In this document: positions 1 to 9,844 of the stretch, piece after piece | Layout: each line of letters begins with the position of its first letter | How positions within the stretch are numbered: position 1 is the first letter of the stretch | Assembly (NCBI GenBank): GCA_963662265.2 | Contig: CAXXHA010000010.1 | Location: 32,001-96,000 of the forward strand | Reading direction: 5' to 3' | From: Spirochaetia bacterium | GTDB taxonomy: Bacteria; Spirochaetota; Spirochaetia; CADAEX01 | Length of the DNA: 64,000 bases | Notes under the pieces: generated by a model | Told to the model about the DNA's origin: nothing | The model's database searches: none | What the model saw: only the letters and a program-made list of their open reading frames with translations | Made by a program: the position numbers and the translations under genes

Positions 1-405
1 ATGACAGAGGAAAACTATTTCTACTTCTACAACAGGATCTCTGAAAACCTTGATAAGCTGACAGGAAAGAAAATAGAAGTTTCAGGCTATGTTTTCAGGG
101 AAGAAAACTATGAAAAAACAGAACTTGTTGTTGCAAGGGATCTTATGTGGTGCTGTGCCGCAGATATTGCAGTAATAGGGTTTTATTGTGAAGTTGAGAA
201 CCCGGATTCGTTCAAGGAAAATGAATGGATAAATGTCACAGGCATACTGGATAAACACCTGTACCATAATGAGGATCTTGATAAGGATTATTATATTGCA
301 TCGGTAAAAATTGAGAGTGCAGAAAAAATAAATCCCCCGGTGAATGAATATATATACCCTTTCTCAGGGTTTCTTAATAATGACACAGATAGAGGCAGTG
401 ACTGA
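1..405 (+). CDS. TIGR03943/YcgQ (DUF1980)-like protein, C-terminal part (probably truncated at window edge)
   Basis: GKKIEVSGYV...R..MWCCAAD...W..V.G motif pattern typical of the DUF1980 C-terminal domain. Confidence 0.7.
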   Translation: MTEENYFYFYNRISENLDKLTGKKIEVSGYVFREENYEKTELVVARDLMWCCAADIAVIGFYCEVENPDSFKENEWINVTGILDKHLYHNEDLDKDYYIASVKIESAEKINPPVNEYIYPFSGFLNNDTDRGSD

Positions 406-560
406 TCATCTTCAATTTTAAAATTACCAGGTATGAGTATTCTGGTAATAAAAGGGGCTTATATGACCCGGCAAAATCCAAATACAATCCTGTCCCATGA
501 CAAACTGGGAAAGATAATCAGAAATATTCAGGACAACAGGTTTGCATACAGAAGAGCTGC

Positions 561-2186
561 TTACTCAAACACACGCTCAGAAAGCCTTAGATCCTCGCAT
601 TCACTTATTCCGGGAAGAAGAATATCCTGCTTGTTCTGAAAATTCTCCATCCGCCTGAGGATACGGTCAAGCATTTTAACAGCCTTGAGAATATACGGGC
701 CCTTGTTAAGCATAACACACTCACATCTGTGCCCCATTGCGGCATCTGTAATTTCTGACCTTGTAGGAATCCCCTTCTTGGCAAGATTTTCAAGAACCTG
801 GGTAGCCCAGATTACAGGAATATGTGCTGCAGCGCATGTCCTGATAATCTCCTCCTGAACCGCGGCAAAGCTTTTCCAGCCTGCCTCAACCGCAAGATCA
901 CCCCGCGCAATCATCACACCAACAGGATATCTCTTCATGGCTGTGAGAAGAAGTTCCGGTAGGCTGCAGAACCCCTCCCTTGTTTCAATCTTCAGTATAA
1001 TCCCGGTTTCTGAATCACGCTTTTCAAGCTCCTCAATAAGGGCCTCCACATCGGAAGGCCTGTTTACAAATGAAAGGTTAACAGCATCGGCATGTTCGGC
1101 AATAAAGGCAATATCCTGCCTGTCCTTCCCGGTAAAACCTGAAAAAACATAGCCTGTTGTGGGGAAATTAATCCCCTTGTCCTGCCGGAGCTTGGCAGAT
1201 GCCCCTTTTACAGATGTAATTCCGACAACAGCACCTTCCGGGTCTGTGCTTTCAATAACCCCCTCAATCTTGCCGTCATCAAAAAAAACAGCATCACCCT
1301 GTTTTACATGATCAAGTATTTCAGGAAGAGTGCAGGATACGCAGGCGGGGGACAGGACATTTCCCTCTTTATCAAGAGAGGCATCCCTGCCAGGGACAGC
1401 TTTCCTCATAATACGAAGAGAATCACCCTCGCCCAGCCTGATAAAGTCACGGGGAGGCTTTCCGCTGCTCCCGGGTAATACCAGGTCATCAGCAGCAGGC
1501 ACACCACTGTCTCTGGAAGATTCATTCCCTGTTTTAGAAGACTTCCCTTCCCCCCTTGGAGACTTTATTACACCTGTCCTTATCTTGGGCCCAGCAAGAT
1601 CCATCATTACAGTGCATTTCCGCCCCAGCTCAGTTTCTGCCTTTTTAATGTTATCAATCATTTTTTTCCAGACTTGAGCATTGTCATGTGCGCAGTTTAT
1701 CCTGGCGCAGTTCATACCTGTCCTGATAAGATCTTTTATGAAATCATAATCCTCAGATGCGGAAGAGGGGATTGTAACCATGATGCGTGTATTTCTTTTT
1801 TCCGGCTTCCGCCCGAAAAGAACCCGTGTATTCTTTTTGAGTATCTTTCGCCCCTTTACCGCAGTAATACCTTTGAGAGATTTTCTGCCTTCGGTATCTT
1901 CGTTTAAAAAAGATGTAATCTTCCTGATTGAATCAAGACCGGACATTACATGATCTTCTATCCTGCCGAAACCGATCAGCCCGGAATCTGTTATCCTGCT
2001 CTGTATCCTGTCAAGATCGAAAGTCCTTAATGCAAGATAATGAACAAGGTTTCGCGCGCTCTTGCCGAATCTCGGATGAACCTCTTCAAGATTACTTCTG
2101 TAACGGGATTCGAGAGAAAGAGCCTTATCTATGATTTTATTTATATTTTCCCCGATATAGGAGAGTTTCTTTTCTATCTTCTTCAT
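561..2186 (-). CDS. pyk: Pyruvate kinase (long N-terminal extension type)
   Basis: RINCAH, DLAGPKIRTG, ILKIET, MIARGDLAVE, WATQVLE, PTRSEITDA, CVMLNKG motifs. Confidence 0.92.
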   Translation of the reverse strand: MKKIEKKLSYIGENINKIIDKALSLESRYRSNLEEVHPRFGKSARNLVHYLALRTFDLDRIQSRITDSGLIGFGRIEDHVMSGLDSIRKITSFLNEDTEGRKSLKGITAVKGRKILKKNTRVLFGRKPEKRNTRIMVTIPSSASEDYDFIKDLIRTGMNCARINCAHDNAQVWKKMIDNIKKAETELGRKCTVMMDLAGPKIRTGVIKSPRGEGKSSKTGNESSRDSGVPAADDLVLPGSSGKPPRDFIRLGEGDSLRIMRKAVPGRDASLDKEGNVLSPACVSCTLPEILDHVKQGDAVFFDDGKIEGVIESTDPEGAVVGITSVKGASAKLRQDKGINFPTTGYVFSGFTGKDRQDIAFIAEHADAVNLSFVNRPSDVEALIEELEKRDSETGIILKIETREGFCSLPELLLTAMKRYPVGVMIARGDLAVEAGWKSFAAVQEEIIRTCAAAHIPVIWATQVLENLAKKGIPTRSEITDAAMGHRCECVMLNKGPYILKAVKMLDRILRRMENFQNKQDILLPGISECEDLRLSERVFE

Positions 2187-2229
2187 ATGGTTCTGCTGAT
2201 TTGAATAATAACAGAATATAAAGATATTA

Positions 2230-3366
2230 TCAGCCCTTTATAACACCCAGCGGTTCAAGCTTCACAAGAACCTTTACAAGATCTTTCTGGTTTCTCATAA
2301 CCTCATCTATATCCTTGTATGCGCTTGATGCCTCATCAAGATCTTTGGCAGACCTTATTGCATGCAGTATCCCCTTCTCATCAAGCTTCTTCTTTTCGAT
2401 ACCGAGGTCAAGCTCCTTTCTGGCAGCATGGCGGCTCATTACCCTTCCAGCCCCGTGTGAGCAGGAATAGAAACTCTCCTCGTTTCCAAGCCCTTCAACA
2501 ATAAACGAGGATGTACCCTGGGAGCCGGGAATAATGCCGGTCTCCCCCTTCCTTGCAGATGTTGCACCCTTTCGGTGTATTATTACATCCTCATAAAAGT
2601 GCCTTTCAGCTGCTGCGTAGTTATGGTGGATATTTACCTCATCCAGAAAGCTGCAGTCTGTATACTTAAGAAAAGCCTCCTTGATCCTCTCCGATATTAG
2701 CCTCCTGTTCTCCCTTGCAAAGGAGAGGGCGAAATTCATCTCTGCCATGTAGAGGCTGAAAAGCTCTGTACCGGATCTGAAAGATGAAAGGTCCTTTCCT
2801 CCTCCCCCCTTCATGTTCTCACTCTTTGCAAGTGAGTTATAGTAGTCACAGACCTGCTTGCCGAAATTCCTCGATCCGGTGTGAAGCATGAACCAGATAT
2901 GGCTGTCAGATCCTTTCTGTACCTCTATGAAATGGTTCCCGCCGCCGAGAGTCCCCAGCTGGCATTCAATATTGCTTTTTTCCTTTCTGAAAACAGGGTA
3001 AGGTTCTCCCGGTAATTTGAGTTTATTGGCAGGCGGAATTTTATGATGAGCAAAGCCCACAGGAACACTTCTTCTTATATCACTCATTATTTTTTTAAGA
3101 ACTTCCCGGTCAAGCTTTTTAAGATCTGTCTTAACCGCGCACATGCCGCAGCCTATATCAACACCCACAGCATTGGGGACAACAGCATCCTTCGCAGCAA
3201 GGACTCCCCCTATAGGCATGCCGAATCCTGTATGGCAGTCTGGCATTACAGCAATGTGATGAAACGCGAAAGGGAGCTCTGAAAGATTATATGCCTGCTG
3301 GAGGGCCGAGTCCTCTATGCTGTCTGTCCAGATTTTTATCGGGATTCCGTTTCTCTTATCAACTAT
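2230..3366 (-). CDS. rtcB: RtcB-family RNA ligase; RtcB-like sequence extends upstream of the ATG at 3246 to a candidate ATA start at 3366
   Basis: MPDCH, VGVDIGCG, GTLGGGNHFIE, HTGSR, HHNY, HRKGAT, SCSHGAGR motifs. Upstream in-frame IKIWTDSIEDSALQQAYNLSELPFAFHHIAV matches the usual RtcB N-terminus. The start position is inferred. Confidence 0.9.
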   Translation of the reverse strand: MVDKRNGIPIKIWTDSIEDSALQQAYNLSELPFAFHHIAVMPDCHTGFGMPIGGVLAAKDAVVPNAVGVDIGCGMCAVKTDLKKLDREVLKKIMSDIRRSVPVGFAHHKIPPANKLKLPGEPYPVFRKEKSNIECQLGTLGGGNHFIEVQKGSDSHIWFMLHTGSRNFGKQVCDYYNSLAKSENMKGGGGKDLSSFRSGTELFSLYMAEMNFALSFARENRRLISERIKEAFLKYTDCSFLDEVNIHHNYAAAERHFYEDVIIHRKGATSARKGETGIIPGSQGTSSFIVEGLGNEESFYSCSHGAGRVMSRHAARKELDLGIEKKKLDEKGILHAIRSAKDLDEASSAYKDIDEVMRNQKDLVKVLVKLEPLGVIKG

Positions 3367-3624
3367 AAAAGGCGCTGCCTCCGGGAATAAACAATTTACA
3401 ATGCACTTAATAATTCAGACATATATAAAGACAGAATAAATTTCTTTCTTTAATTAATTATACAACAGAAAGAGATGATTGACCCACACAGGGAATATTC
3501 TAACCTCTAAATAGAATCGCCATTCTTCATTTTTAACAGTAATTATTATTATTTAAAACATTTTTGAAGAATATTGCTCTCAGTAAGATTATTTGCAGCG
3601 TCAACAACATACAAAAACTTATTT

Positions 3625-4005
3625 TTACAGTAATACAAAATATTTTCCAAACCTCCTGAATAACAGGATACCTGTAAACCCCATCAGGAGATCCATGAAA
3701 CTGAAAGTTCTGGATGGGAATAATATCTGGGAAAACTCTTCCGCAATTATCAGAATCGATGTAAGCAGGAAAGATAAGGAAATATTCTTTTTCATGATAT
3801 ACACCTCTTTTTTATATAAAAAATAATCAAGTAAGATGTAGAAAAATCCATATAAAACAGCATGAGCCAGCCAGTCATAATGAGGTATTCCGGATAAAAG
3901 AAAGAGAGGCAGCCTGCCGATATCTGCCAGTATAATGACCAATACAATCAGAAAACAATAGGGGATAAATATAAATGCTTTTTTCATAATCACTCCATGT
4001 TTCAT
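3625..4005 (-). CDS. VanZ-like small membrane protein
   Basis: DWLAHAVLYG, EEFSQILFPSRTFSFMDL motifs; hydrophobic segments. Confidence 0.75.
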   Translation of the reverse strand: MKHGVIMKKAFIFIPYCFLIVLVIILADIGRLPLFLLSGIPHYDWLAHAVLYGFFYILLDYFLYKKEVYIMKKNISLSFLLTSILIIAEEFSQILFPSRTFSFMDLLMGFTGILLFRRFGKYFVLL

Positions 4006-4135
4006 AAATACAGAATTTATTTATTGCAATATATAATAAGCAGCACTTTATTATTTTACATAAAGAACAGCGTATCCTAAAAACCAGGCGGGGGGATAAA
4101 GCCTTACTGACTGGAACAAACACCCCCCGTAGTTT

Positions 4136-5485
4136 TCAGCAGTTCTTATTTCCCGGACCGATTTCATACCAGTTTATTCTTCTTGTCAGCACCATAATTA
4201 CCGCAAGTATTATAAAAAGGCCAAGCGATCCGATCAGCAGCGCCATATCTTCCGAAGCAAGAGCCATATAAAGGTAGAGGTAGAGCAGAGTATTCAAAAA
4301 AGCCATAACAGCTCCTTTCTGAGCGCTTCGAAGGACTGCTCCTGTATAAAATGATACAAGCGCTGCCGATGCTCCTGCAGATGCCATGTAGGCAAGGAAA
4401 AAAGCTATATGTTCAGAAAGGGAAATGAGCAGAAGAAAAAACATGCAGACCGACAAACCTATCATGATGTACTGAAGGGGATGAAGTTTTTTCACAGTAA
4501 TTACTTCAAACAGGAAAAGAATAATGAAGGGGAGAAAAATAAACAGAAAACAGTACTTCATAGCCCTGTGACTCATGTAATAGCTGTCTACCGGTGTAAT
4601 AAAGTTTACACCAAATCCGCTGTCATAAATATAATTCCAGTCATAGTTATTTTCCATCCCGCTCTGGGGATAGTTTCTTGCAAGAGCACCGACATTCCAT
4701 TGGGCAGTAAACCCGTTTTTATCAATATCTCTTTCTGTTGGAATAAAAGATCCCGAGAATTCCGGGCTGATCCAGTCGGAGCTGACTGATACAGATGTTT
4801 CCCTACCCAGAGGAAAGAAGGTTAGAGCACCGCCTCCCTTTAAGCTGACAGACATTTTAAAATCAGCTTTCTCAGAACCATTGAAAGGAACAGATGCGCT
4901 TATACCTGCAGGAAATATTGATGTCCCTGATGTTCCTCCCTGGAAAGCGAATTTTTCCCCGTTCCAGTCCAGATCAACAGACTGGCTGAGTCCTTTTATA
5001 TCTCCCAGGCCGAGAATTATTCTGGCTTCTTTCCAGATAACTTCCCCCCTGTCAGCCTTCCACACCTCATCAATATTTTTTCCGAAATTCCCTTCGATTG
5101 TAAAACTGCCCTTATAGAGCTCAATCTCAAAAATTCCCTTTTCTCTTGTATGTGACTCAAGAATACCGTCAACTTTCAGATCATCGGGGAGAATATAGAG
5201 AAACTGCCTTGATAGGCGAAGAACATCCTTACCATCTATATATTCTATCTCTTTTTTTTCTACCGGTATTGCCAGAACCGGTCCTGCAATATGCTGCCGT
5301 CCGCCCCATTGATTTATAACAGCGTACTCAGCATTTTCCTTTCTGTTTTCACGCTCTCTTACAAGATTACTTATTGCCGAAGCCGGAAGAAGAAGCAGAG
5401 CTGCTATAACCAGAGTTACCATCAGTTTTGCCATAGGGCTGTTTCCCTTTAATTTAACCCTGTTAATTATTTTGTTATCACCCAT
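4136..5485 (-). CDS. creD: Inner membrane protein CreD
   Basis: LVRERE..WGG.Q...GP, SPEFSGSFIP, RAMKY, LHPLQY, LLLISLSEH, ALLIGSLGLF, TRRINWY. Confidence 0.9.
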   Translation of the reverse strand: MGDNKIINRVKLKGNSPMAKLMVTLVIAALLLLPASAISNLVRERENRKENAEYAVINQWGGRQHIAGPVLAIPVEKKEIEYIDGKDVLRLSRQFLYILPDDLKVDGILESHTREKGIFEIELYKGSFTIEGNFGKNIDEVWKADRGEVIWKEARIILGLGDIKGLSQSVDLDWNGEKFAFQGGTSGTSIFPAGISASVPFNGSEKADFKMSVSLKGGGALTFFPLGRETSVSVSSDWISPEFSGSFIPTERDIDKNGFTAQWNVGALARNYPQSGMENNYDWNYIYDSGFGVNFITPVDSYYMSHRAMKYCFLFIFLPFIILFLFEVITVKKLHPLQYIMIGLSVCMFFLLLISLSEHIAFFLAYMASAGASAALVSFYTGAVLRSAQKGAVMAFLNTLLYLYLYMALASEDMALLIGSLGLFIILAVIMVLTRRINWYEIGPGNKNC

Positions 5486-5551
5486 ATTAACCTCTTTTTA
5501 ATTTGATATGATGAAGTATGACTCTTGCAGTTGGCAGGAAAAGGGCATAAA

Positions 5552-5569
5552 TGTGGCAATATTGTGACA
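5552..5569. promoter_or_regulatory. Candidate OmpR-family binding site between creD and the response regulator
   Basis: Direct repeat TGTGGCA (5552-5558) / TGTGACA (5563-5569) with 11-bp period in the divergent promoter region. Confidence 0.5.
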
Positions 5570-5621
5570 TTGAAAACATCTGTCTTGGTTTTTACATGTT
5601 TCATATGATAAATTAAGATAT

Positions 5622-6317
5622 ATGAAAATATCAGTTGTTGATGATGAACCTGACTTGAGAGAAACTATCTCATATGCCCTTACCCATGAAGGGTATGACT
5701 GTGAAAGCTACAGGGACGGTCTTCATGCATGGACTGCCTTCAGTCAAAAACTTCCTGATCTTATTATTCTTGATGTATCAATGCCTCAAATGGACGGGCT
5801 TGAACTGTGCAGGAGAATCAGAAAAATATCAGAGACAGTACCTATTCTGTTTCTCTCGTCCAAGGATGATGAAATTGACCGTATTCTTGGACTGGAAATC
5901 GGCGGCGATGATTACATGTGTAAACCATTCTCAGTCCGGGAGCTGCTGGTCAGAATCAAGGTTCTTTTCAGGAGGCAGATGGCCAGGCAGGAAAATGCCA
6001 AAACAGAAGATATTTATCAGCTCGGGAACCTCATCCTTCATTACGGGAAGTATATGGCTTTCTGGAAAGATCAGTTAATTGAACTTACTGTTACAGAATT
6101 CCTCCTTCTTAAAATACTTTCTCAAAATCCCGGATTCGTTAAAACAAGAGAAGTGTTAATGAACCAGGTTTATCCCGAGGGAACCTATGTCTCTGCAAGA
6201 ACAATTGATACACACATAAAAAGACTGAGAAAAAAAATACAGAAAATGGATGAATCATTTGATGAAATTGAAACAGTTTACGGGGTGGGCTACAGATACA
6301 GGCAGCCTGCTGCATAG
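5622..6317 (+). CDS. OmpR-family response regulator (CreB/ChvI-like)
   Basis: VVDDE, DLIILDVSMP, GGDDYMCKPFS receiver; RTIDTHIKRLRKK...ETVYGVGY winged helix. Confidence 0.92.
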   Translation: MKISVVDDEPDLRETISYALTHEGYDCESYRDGLHAWTAFSQKLPDLIILDVSMPQMDGLELCRRIRKISETVPILFLSSKDDEIDRILGLEIGGDDYMCKPFSVRELLVRIKVLFRRQMARQENAKTEDIYQLGNLILHYGKYMAFWKDQLIELTVTEFLLLKILSQNPGFVKTREVLMNQVYPEGTYVSARTIDTHIKRLRKKIQKMDESFDEIETVYGVGYRYRQPAA

Positions 6318-7854
6318 TATATCGCTCAGACTTCTTCTATTTAATATCCTTCTCGTTTTCCTCCCTATTGCCGCTGTTCTCTACCTTGATGTATATGAGG
6401 AAAAACTTCTGTTATCACAGGAAAAATCCATGGTTCAGCAGGGGCGCCTCCTTTCTGCAGCGCTCAGCAACCAGGGTGAAATTGAAAAAGAAAATGTTGA
6501 GTTTATTCTGAAAAACCTCGCAGGGAGGACAGAAACAAGGCTCAGGGTAGTTGATAATAAAGGCGTCTTACTGGCAGACACAAGCACTCTTTTTTTAACA
6601 AAGCAGCCGTCTCCGGCTCCCGCTAAAAGTAAACAACAGGAAGAAATCATGATTCATAAAGAGGATACCCTCCTTTACAGAATTGCAATTTTCCCAATCA
6701 GGGTATATAGAAAATTATTCAATCCACCGGTCTCTGTAGAAAATGAAACTTTCTACAACTCAACCGAACCTCTCATGGGTAAGGAGATCCAGGCAGCGCT
6801 TGAAGGAAAATACGGAGCTGTTACAAGATTATCAAGGGGAGGACAGAGATCTGTTACCCTCTATACTGCAATACCTGTTTTTAACGGAGATGAAGTTACA
6901 GGCGCTGTTTTAAGCAGTCAATCGACATACAGAATACTCAAGGATTTATATGAAGTCCGTTTATTTATTGTAAAGATATTTATAGCCTCATTGACAGCTG
7001 CACTCTGTATAAGCCTGTTCTTATCCAGAACAATTTCTTTCAGAATAAAAAAACTCAGAAAAGAGGCTCAATCAATAACAACAGGAAGAGGCAGGATTAA
7101 AGGAACATTCACCTCTTTCAAATTGAAAGATGAAATCGGATTTCTCTCCTTTTCACTTAAAGATCTTACAGACCGCCTGGACCGCCATATACAGTTTATT
7201 GACAGCTTTTCACGGGATATCAGCCATGAGTTTAAAAACCCCCTGGCAGTGATCAGATCATCAGCAGAGATGATTGAAAGAACAGAAGGCAGGGAGCAGA
7301 CACGGTTTATCCAGTTGATTAATCAGAATACAGGAAGAATGGAATCACTGCTGAACGGCATTGAGGAAGTTTCAAGGCTTGATTCTTCCCTGGACAGGGA
7401 GAAAAAAGAAAAGATTGAAATATCCGATTTCTTAAACATCATACTGGAAGGTTTCAGGATTACTTTTTCCGGCAGAAACTGGATTTTTGAAAATTTCAAA
7501 CAAGGTTATTTTATCCTGGCAAATCCCGAGAGGCTCAGCCAGATTTTTGTCAATCTTTATGAAAATGCATGCTCTTTTTCCCCCCGGGACGGGAAGATTA
7601 TTACATCCATACAGAAAGAGAGGCACCAGCTTAAAATAACAATATTCAATGAAGGGCCTCAGCTTCCGGAAGAGGATAAAGAAAAGATATTCACCCGTTT
7701 TTACACATCAAGGGAAACTGACAAGAACAGGCATCATGGCCTGGGTCTTTCAATTGTAAAAACCATTGTTGAAAGTTACGGAGGCACAGTTTCCGGAGAA
7801 AACTCCCCTGGTGGTGTATCTTTTATAATATTACTGCCGCTGTTAAAAAGCTGA
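6250..7854 (+). CDS. Sensor histidine kinase (CreC/ChvG-like); exact start uncertain
   Basis: Two TM segments, HAMP (DEIG), H-box SHEFKNPL, N-box NLYENA, G-box GLGLSIV. Confidence 0.9.
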   Translation: MNHLMKLKQFTGWATDTGSLLHSISLRLLLFNILLVFLPIAAVLYLDVYEEKLLLSQEKSMVQQGRLLSAALSNQGEIEKENVEFILKNLAGRTETRLRVVDNKGVLLADTSTLFLTKQPSPAPAKSKQQEEIMIHKEDTLLYRIAIFPIRVYRKLFNPPVSVENETFYNSTEPLMGKEIQAALEGKYGAVTRLSRGGQRSVTLYTAIPVFNGDEVTGAVLSSQSTYRILKDLYEVRLFIVKIFIASLTAALCISLFLSRTISFRIKKLRKEAQSITTGRGRIKGTFTSFKLKDEIGFLSFSLKDLTDRLDRHIQFIDSFSRDISHEFKNPLAVIRSSAEMIERTEGREQTRFIQLINQNTGRMESLLNGIEEVSRLDSSLDREKKEKIEISDFLNIILEGFRITFSGRNWIFENFKQGYFILANPERLSQIFVNLYENACSFSPRDGKIITSIQKERHQLKITIFNEGPQLPEEDKEKIFTRFYTSRETDKNRHHGLGLSIVKTIVESYGGTVSGENSPGGVSFIILLPLLKS

Positions 7855-7991
7855 ACAAATCAAACTGGCTGCTGAGTATTCTGAGATACCAGCTATTGTA
7901 AAATTACTCCCTGTATCAGGCTTTAAAACGTGGAAGAATATCCCATGATACATATTTAAAGAATCTTAGTTATACCGATAAAACTTGTTTT

Positions 7992-8666
7992 TTATTCTCG
8001 CATTAAATATATTACTTGTTTTCGAAACCAGGATCTTGGAGCCATTTTTCGATAATAGTTCACAATTAAATGAAATGAACATTTACCAAGTTTTTTCCCG
8101 CATCCACATGGACAAACCTTTTTATTTCCAACTCTTTTCTTAAGTCCCATAAGCCGAAATGCCTGGATAATTTGATAATCTTCTTCTAAACCTAATAGTA
8201 AAGAATAGTCATCCAAAGCTCCGGAATTCCCGTGGTCCAGTTCTCCGAACATAAAATCATCACCGTACTTTAATTTAACAGAGACAGCATAAAAGTAAGG
8301 GATTAAACATCTCTCTGCAAAAACAACCAGATCAGGAGAATTATTCACTATCGATAATAGACGGAGAGGAGATCCGAGACAGAGTGAACCGTCAGGATTT
8401 ACGTGAAAATCACCATTCTTAGGAATCCTCCCTTTTGTTTCTTTTACTACCGGAACTACTTGAGGAAAACCATAAGGAACTAAAAGTTCAATATTAAATT
8501 GGTCACAAATAGTTCCTCTGTTGTTTGTATCTGCAGTAAAACTAAATATTCCTCGAAGGTATATACCCAATTCAGATGATGGAGCAGTGGACATGCCCGG
8601 ATATTCGGAGAGAAATTTTTCTATTCCAAATTGTTTAGACTTTTCAAGCACATTTATACTCGCCAT
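7992..8666 (-). CDS. CBASS-associated E2/UBC-like protein with C-terminal SEC-C-type zinc motif
   Basis: P.GFP...P..KET, FHVNPDGSLCLG (E2-like H-x-N...C catalytic segment), CPCGCGKKLGKC; overlaps the end of the CD-NTase gene. Confidence 0.75.
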   Translation of the reverse strand: MASINVLEKSKQFGIEKFLSEYPGMSTAPSSELGIYLRGIFSFTADTNNRGTICDQFNIELLVPYGFPQVVPVVKETKGRIPKNGDFHVNPDGSLCLGSPLRLLSIVNNSPDLVVFAERCLIPYFYAVSVKLKYGDDFMFGELDHGNSGALDDYSLLLGLEEDYQIIQAFRLMGLKKRVGNKKVCPCGCGKKLGKCSFHLIVNYYRKMAPRSWFRKQVIYLMRE

Positions 8667-9844
8667 GGTTTTGGTGGATTTGCTTCCTCAAGGTGATGTC
8701 TTTTTTGTGTAATGATATGAACAGGCTTCTGCTCAAATCCAAGTCCTTTACTTAAAAGTTCAGAATTAAGTTTTACTGAGAATTTTCTCTCTGCCATCTC
8801 CCGGATGAATTCGGTATCAGTAGTTGAAGTAATATGGTAAAAATCTTTCTTGACTTGCATTAGCCACAAATGGAACGTCTCCTCAAGTCTTAGGTGAAGA
8901 CAATCTGCTCTGTACCATCTATCAGCAAAGTCTTCTCCTGGGTCCACAGGATTCGGTACACGAGGAATCGATGCATTTATATAGTTTTCCATTTTGCTCA
9001 AAACATTATTCAGAGCTAATTGAAGATTTGTTTCGCCCTGATAAGCTCGTGATGCTAATGTTGTAATTATGATTGAAATAGGCTTCGATTCCGGGTTTTC
9101 GATACTCCAACAGTCTCTATGCCTTTTAAGTAATTGAATAACTCTTTGTAATGGCGATTTTATCTTGTACTGAGGAACATCATCAACTTGCGCTTTTTTC
9201 ATCCTGTATCCTATAGGTAATGATTGCATTCGGTATCCAAACCACTTTGCATAACCTTCAGGATTACTAATATTCCAATCGTCACAGATATTTCTGTATG
9301 ATTCATGACGATCATCAGTGATGGAAATTGTCGTATAAGCAGCCGAAGCGGCTAATGGATCTTCAAGTCCAGTTGATCGAATCGATTTTAAAATCGCTTC
9401 TTGCTTTACACTTTCGGCGGGAATACATGGGACAATATCCATGTGAAAACTGATTTCATCTTGATATTCTAAACGCCAACATCTATGTTTTGGTTCCAGT
9501 CTTTTTTGGATTCCTCTTGCTGTTCTGTATAATTCCAGCTCTGACCCAACAATTTTCTTTAAACCTTCTTGAGTGATGGTTCTTTTATCAAATCCGGTCC
9601 GCAATTTGCAAGCGAGATCGAGATCGTATTCATCTCTTTCATTTATCGGACGTATTGCAGTGCCAAGTCTAAAAGACCCCTGAGGGAAAATGTGTGGCTC
9701 GTTATCTTTAAGTAGAGATCCTTCTCTATCAAACCATTTCCCCAAGTCTTCATATCTTTTTTTTGCTTTTTCATAAGCATGATCAGGTAATTCCAGCTGT
9801 TCGATCAAGTTCGAAAGTATCGTTTCTTTTTGTATTTCAGTCAT
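8654..9844 (-). CDS. CD-NTase (cGAS/DncV-like cyclic oligonucleotide synthase, SMODS family)
   Basis: PQGSFRLGTAIRP..EYDLDL, FHMDIVP, SNPEGYAKWF, LQRVIQLLKRHRD, PISIIITTL, NPVDPGEDFADRW. Start at 9844 follows GGAGG and overlaps the upstream stop region. Confidence 0.92.
   Translation of the reverse strand: MTEIQKETILSNLIEQLELPDHAYEKAKKRYEDLGKWFDREGSLLKDNEPHIFPQGSFRLGTAIRPINERDEYDLDLACKLRTGFDKRTITQEGLKKIVGSELELYRTARGIQKRLEPKHRCWRLEYQDEISFHMDIVPCIPAESVKQEAILKSIRSTGLEDPLAASAAYTTISITDDRHESYRNICDDWNISNPEGYAKWFGYRMQSLPIGYRMKKAQVDDVPQYKIKSPLQRVIQLLKRHRDCWSIENPESKPISIIITTLASRAYQGETNLQLALNNVLSKMENYINASIPRVPNPVDPGEDFADRWYRADCLHLRLEETFHLWLMQVKKDFYHITSTTDTEFIREMAERKFSVKLNSELLSKGLGFEQKPVHIITQKRHHLEEANPPKPWRV

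Noticed and set aside
2230-3366. rtcB as part of the CBASS defence island
   Set aside because: Separated from CBASS by vanZ-like, creD and two-component genes, and co-oriented with pyk; no evidence of linkage.
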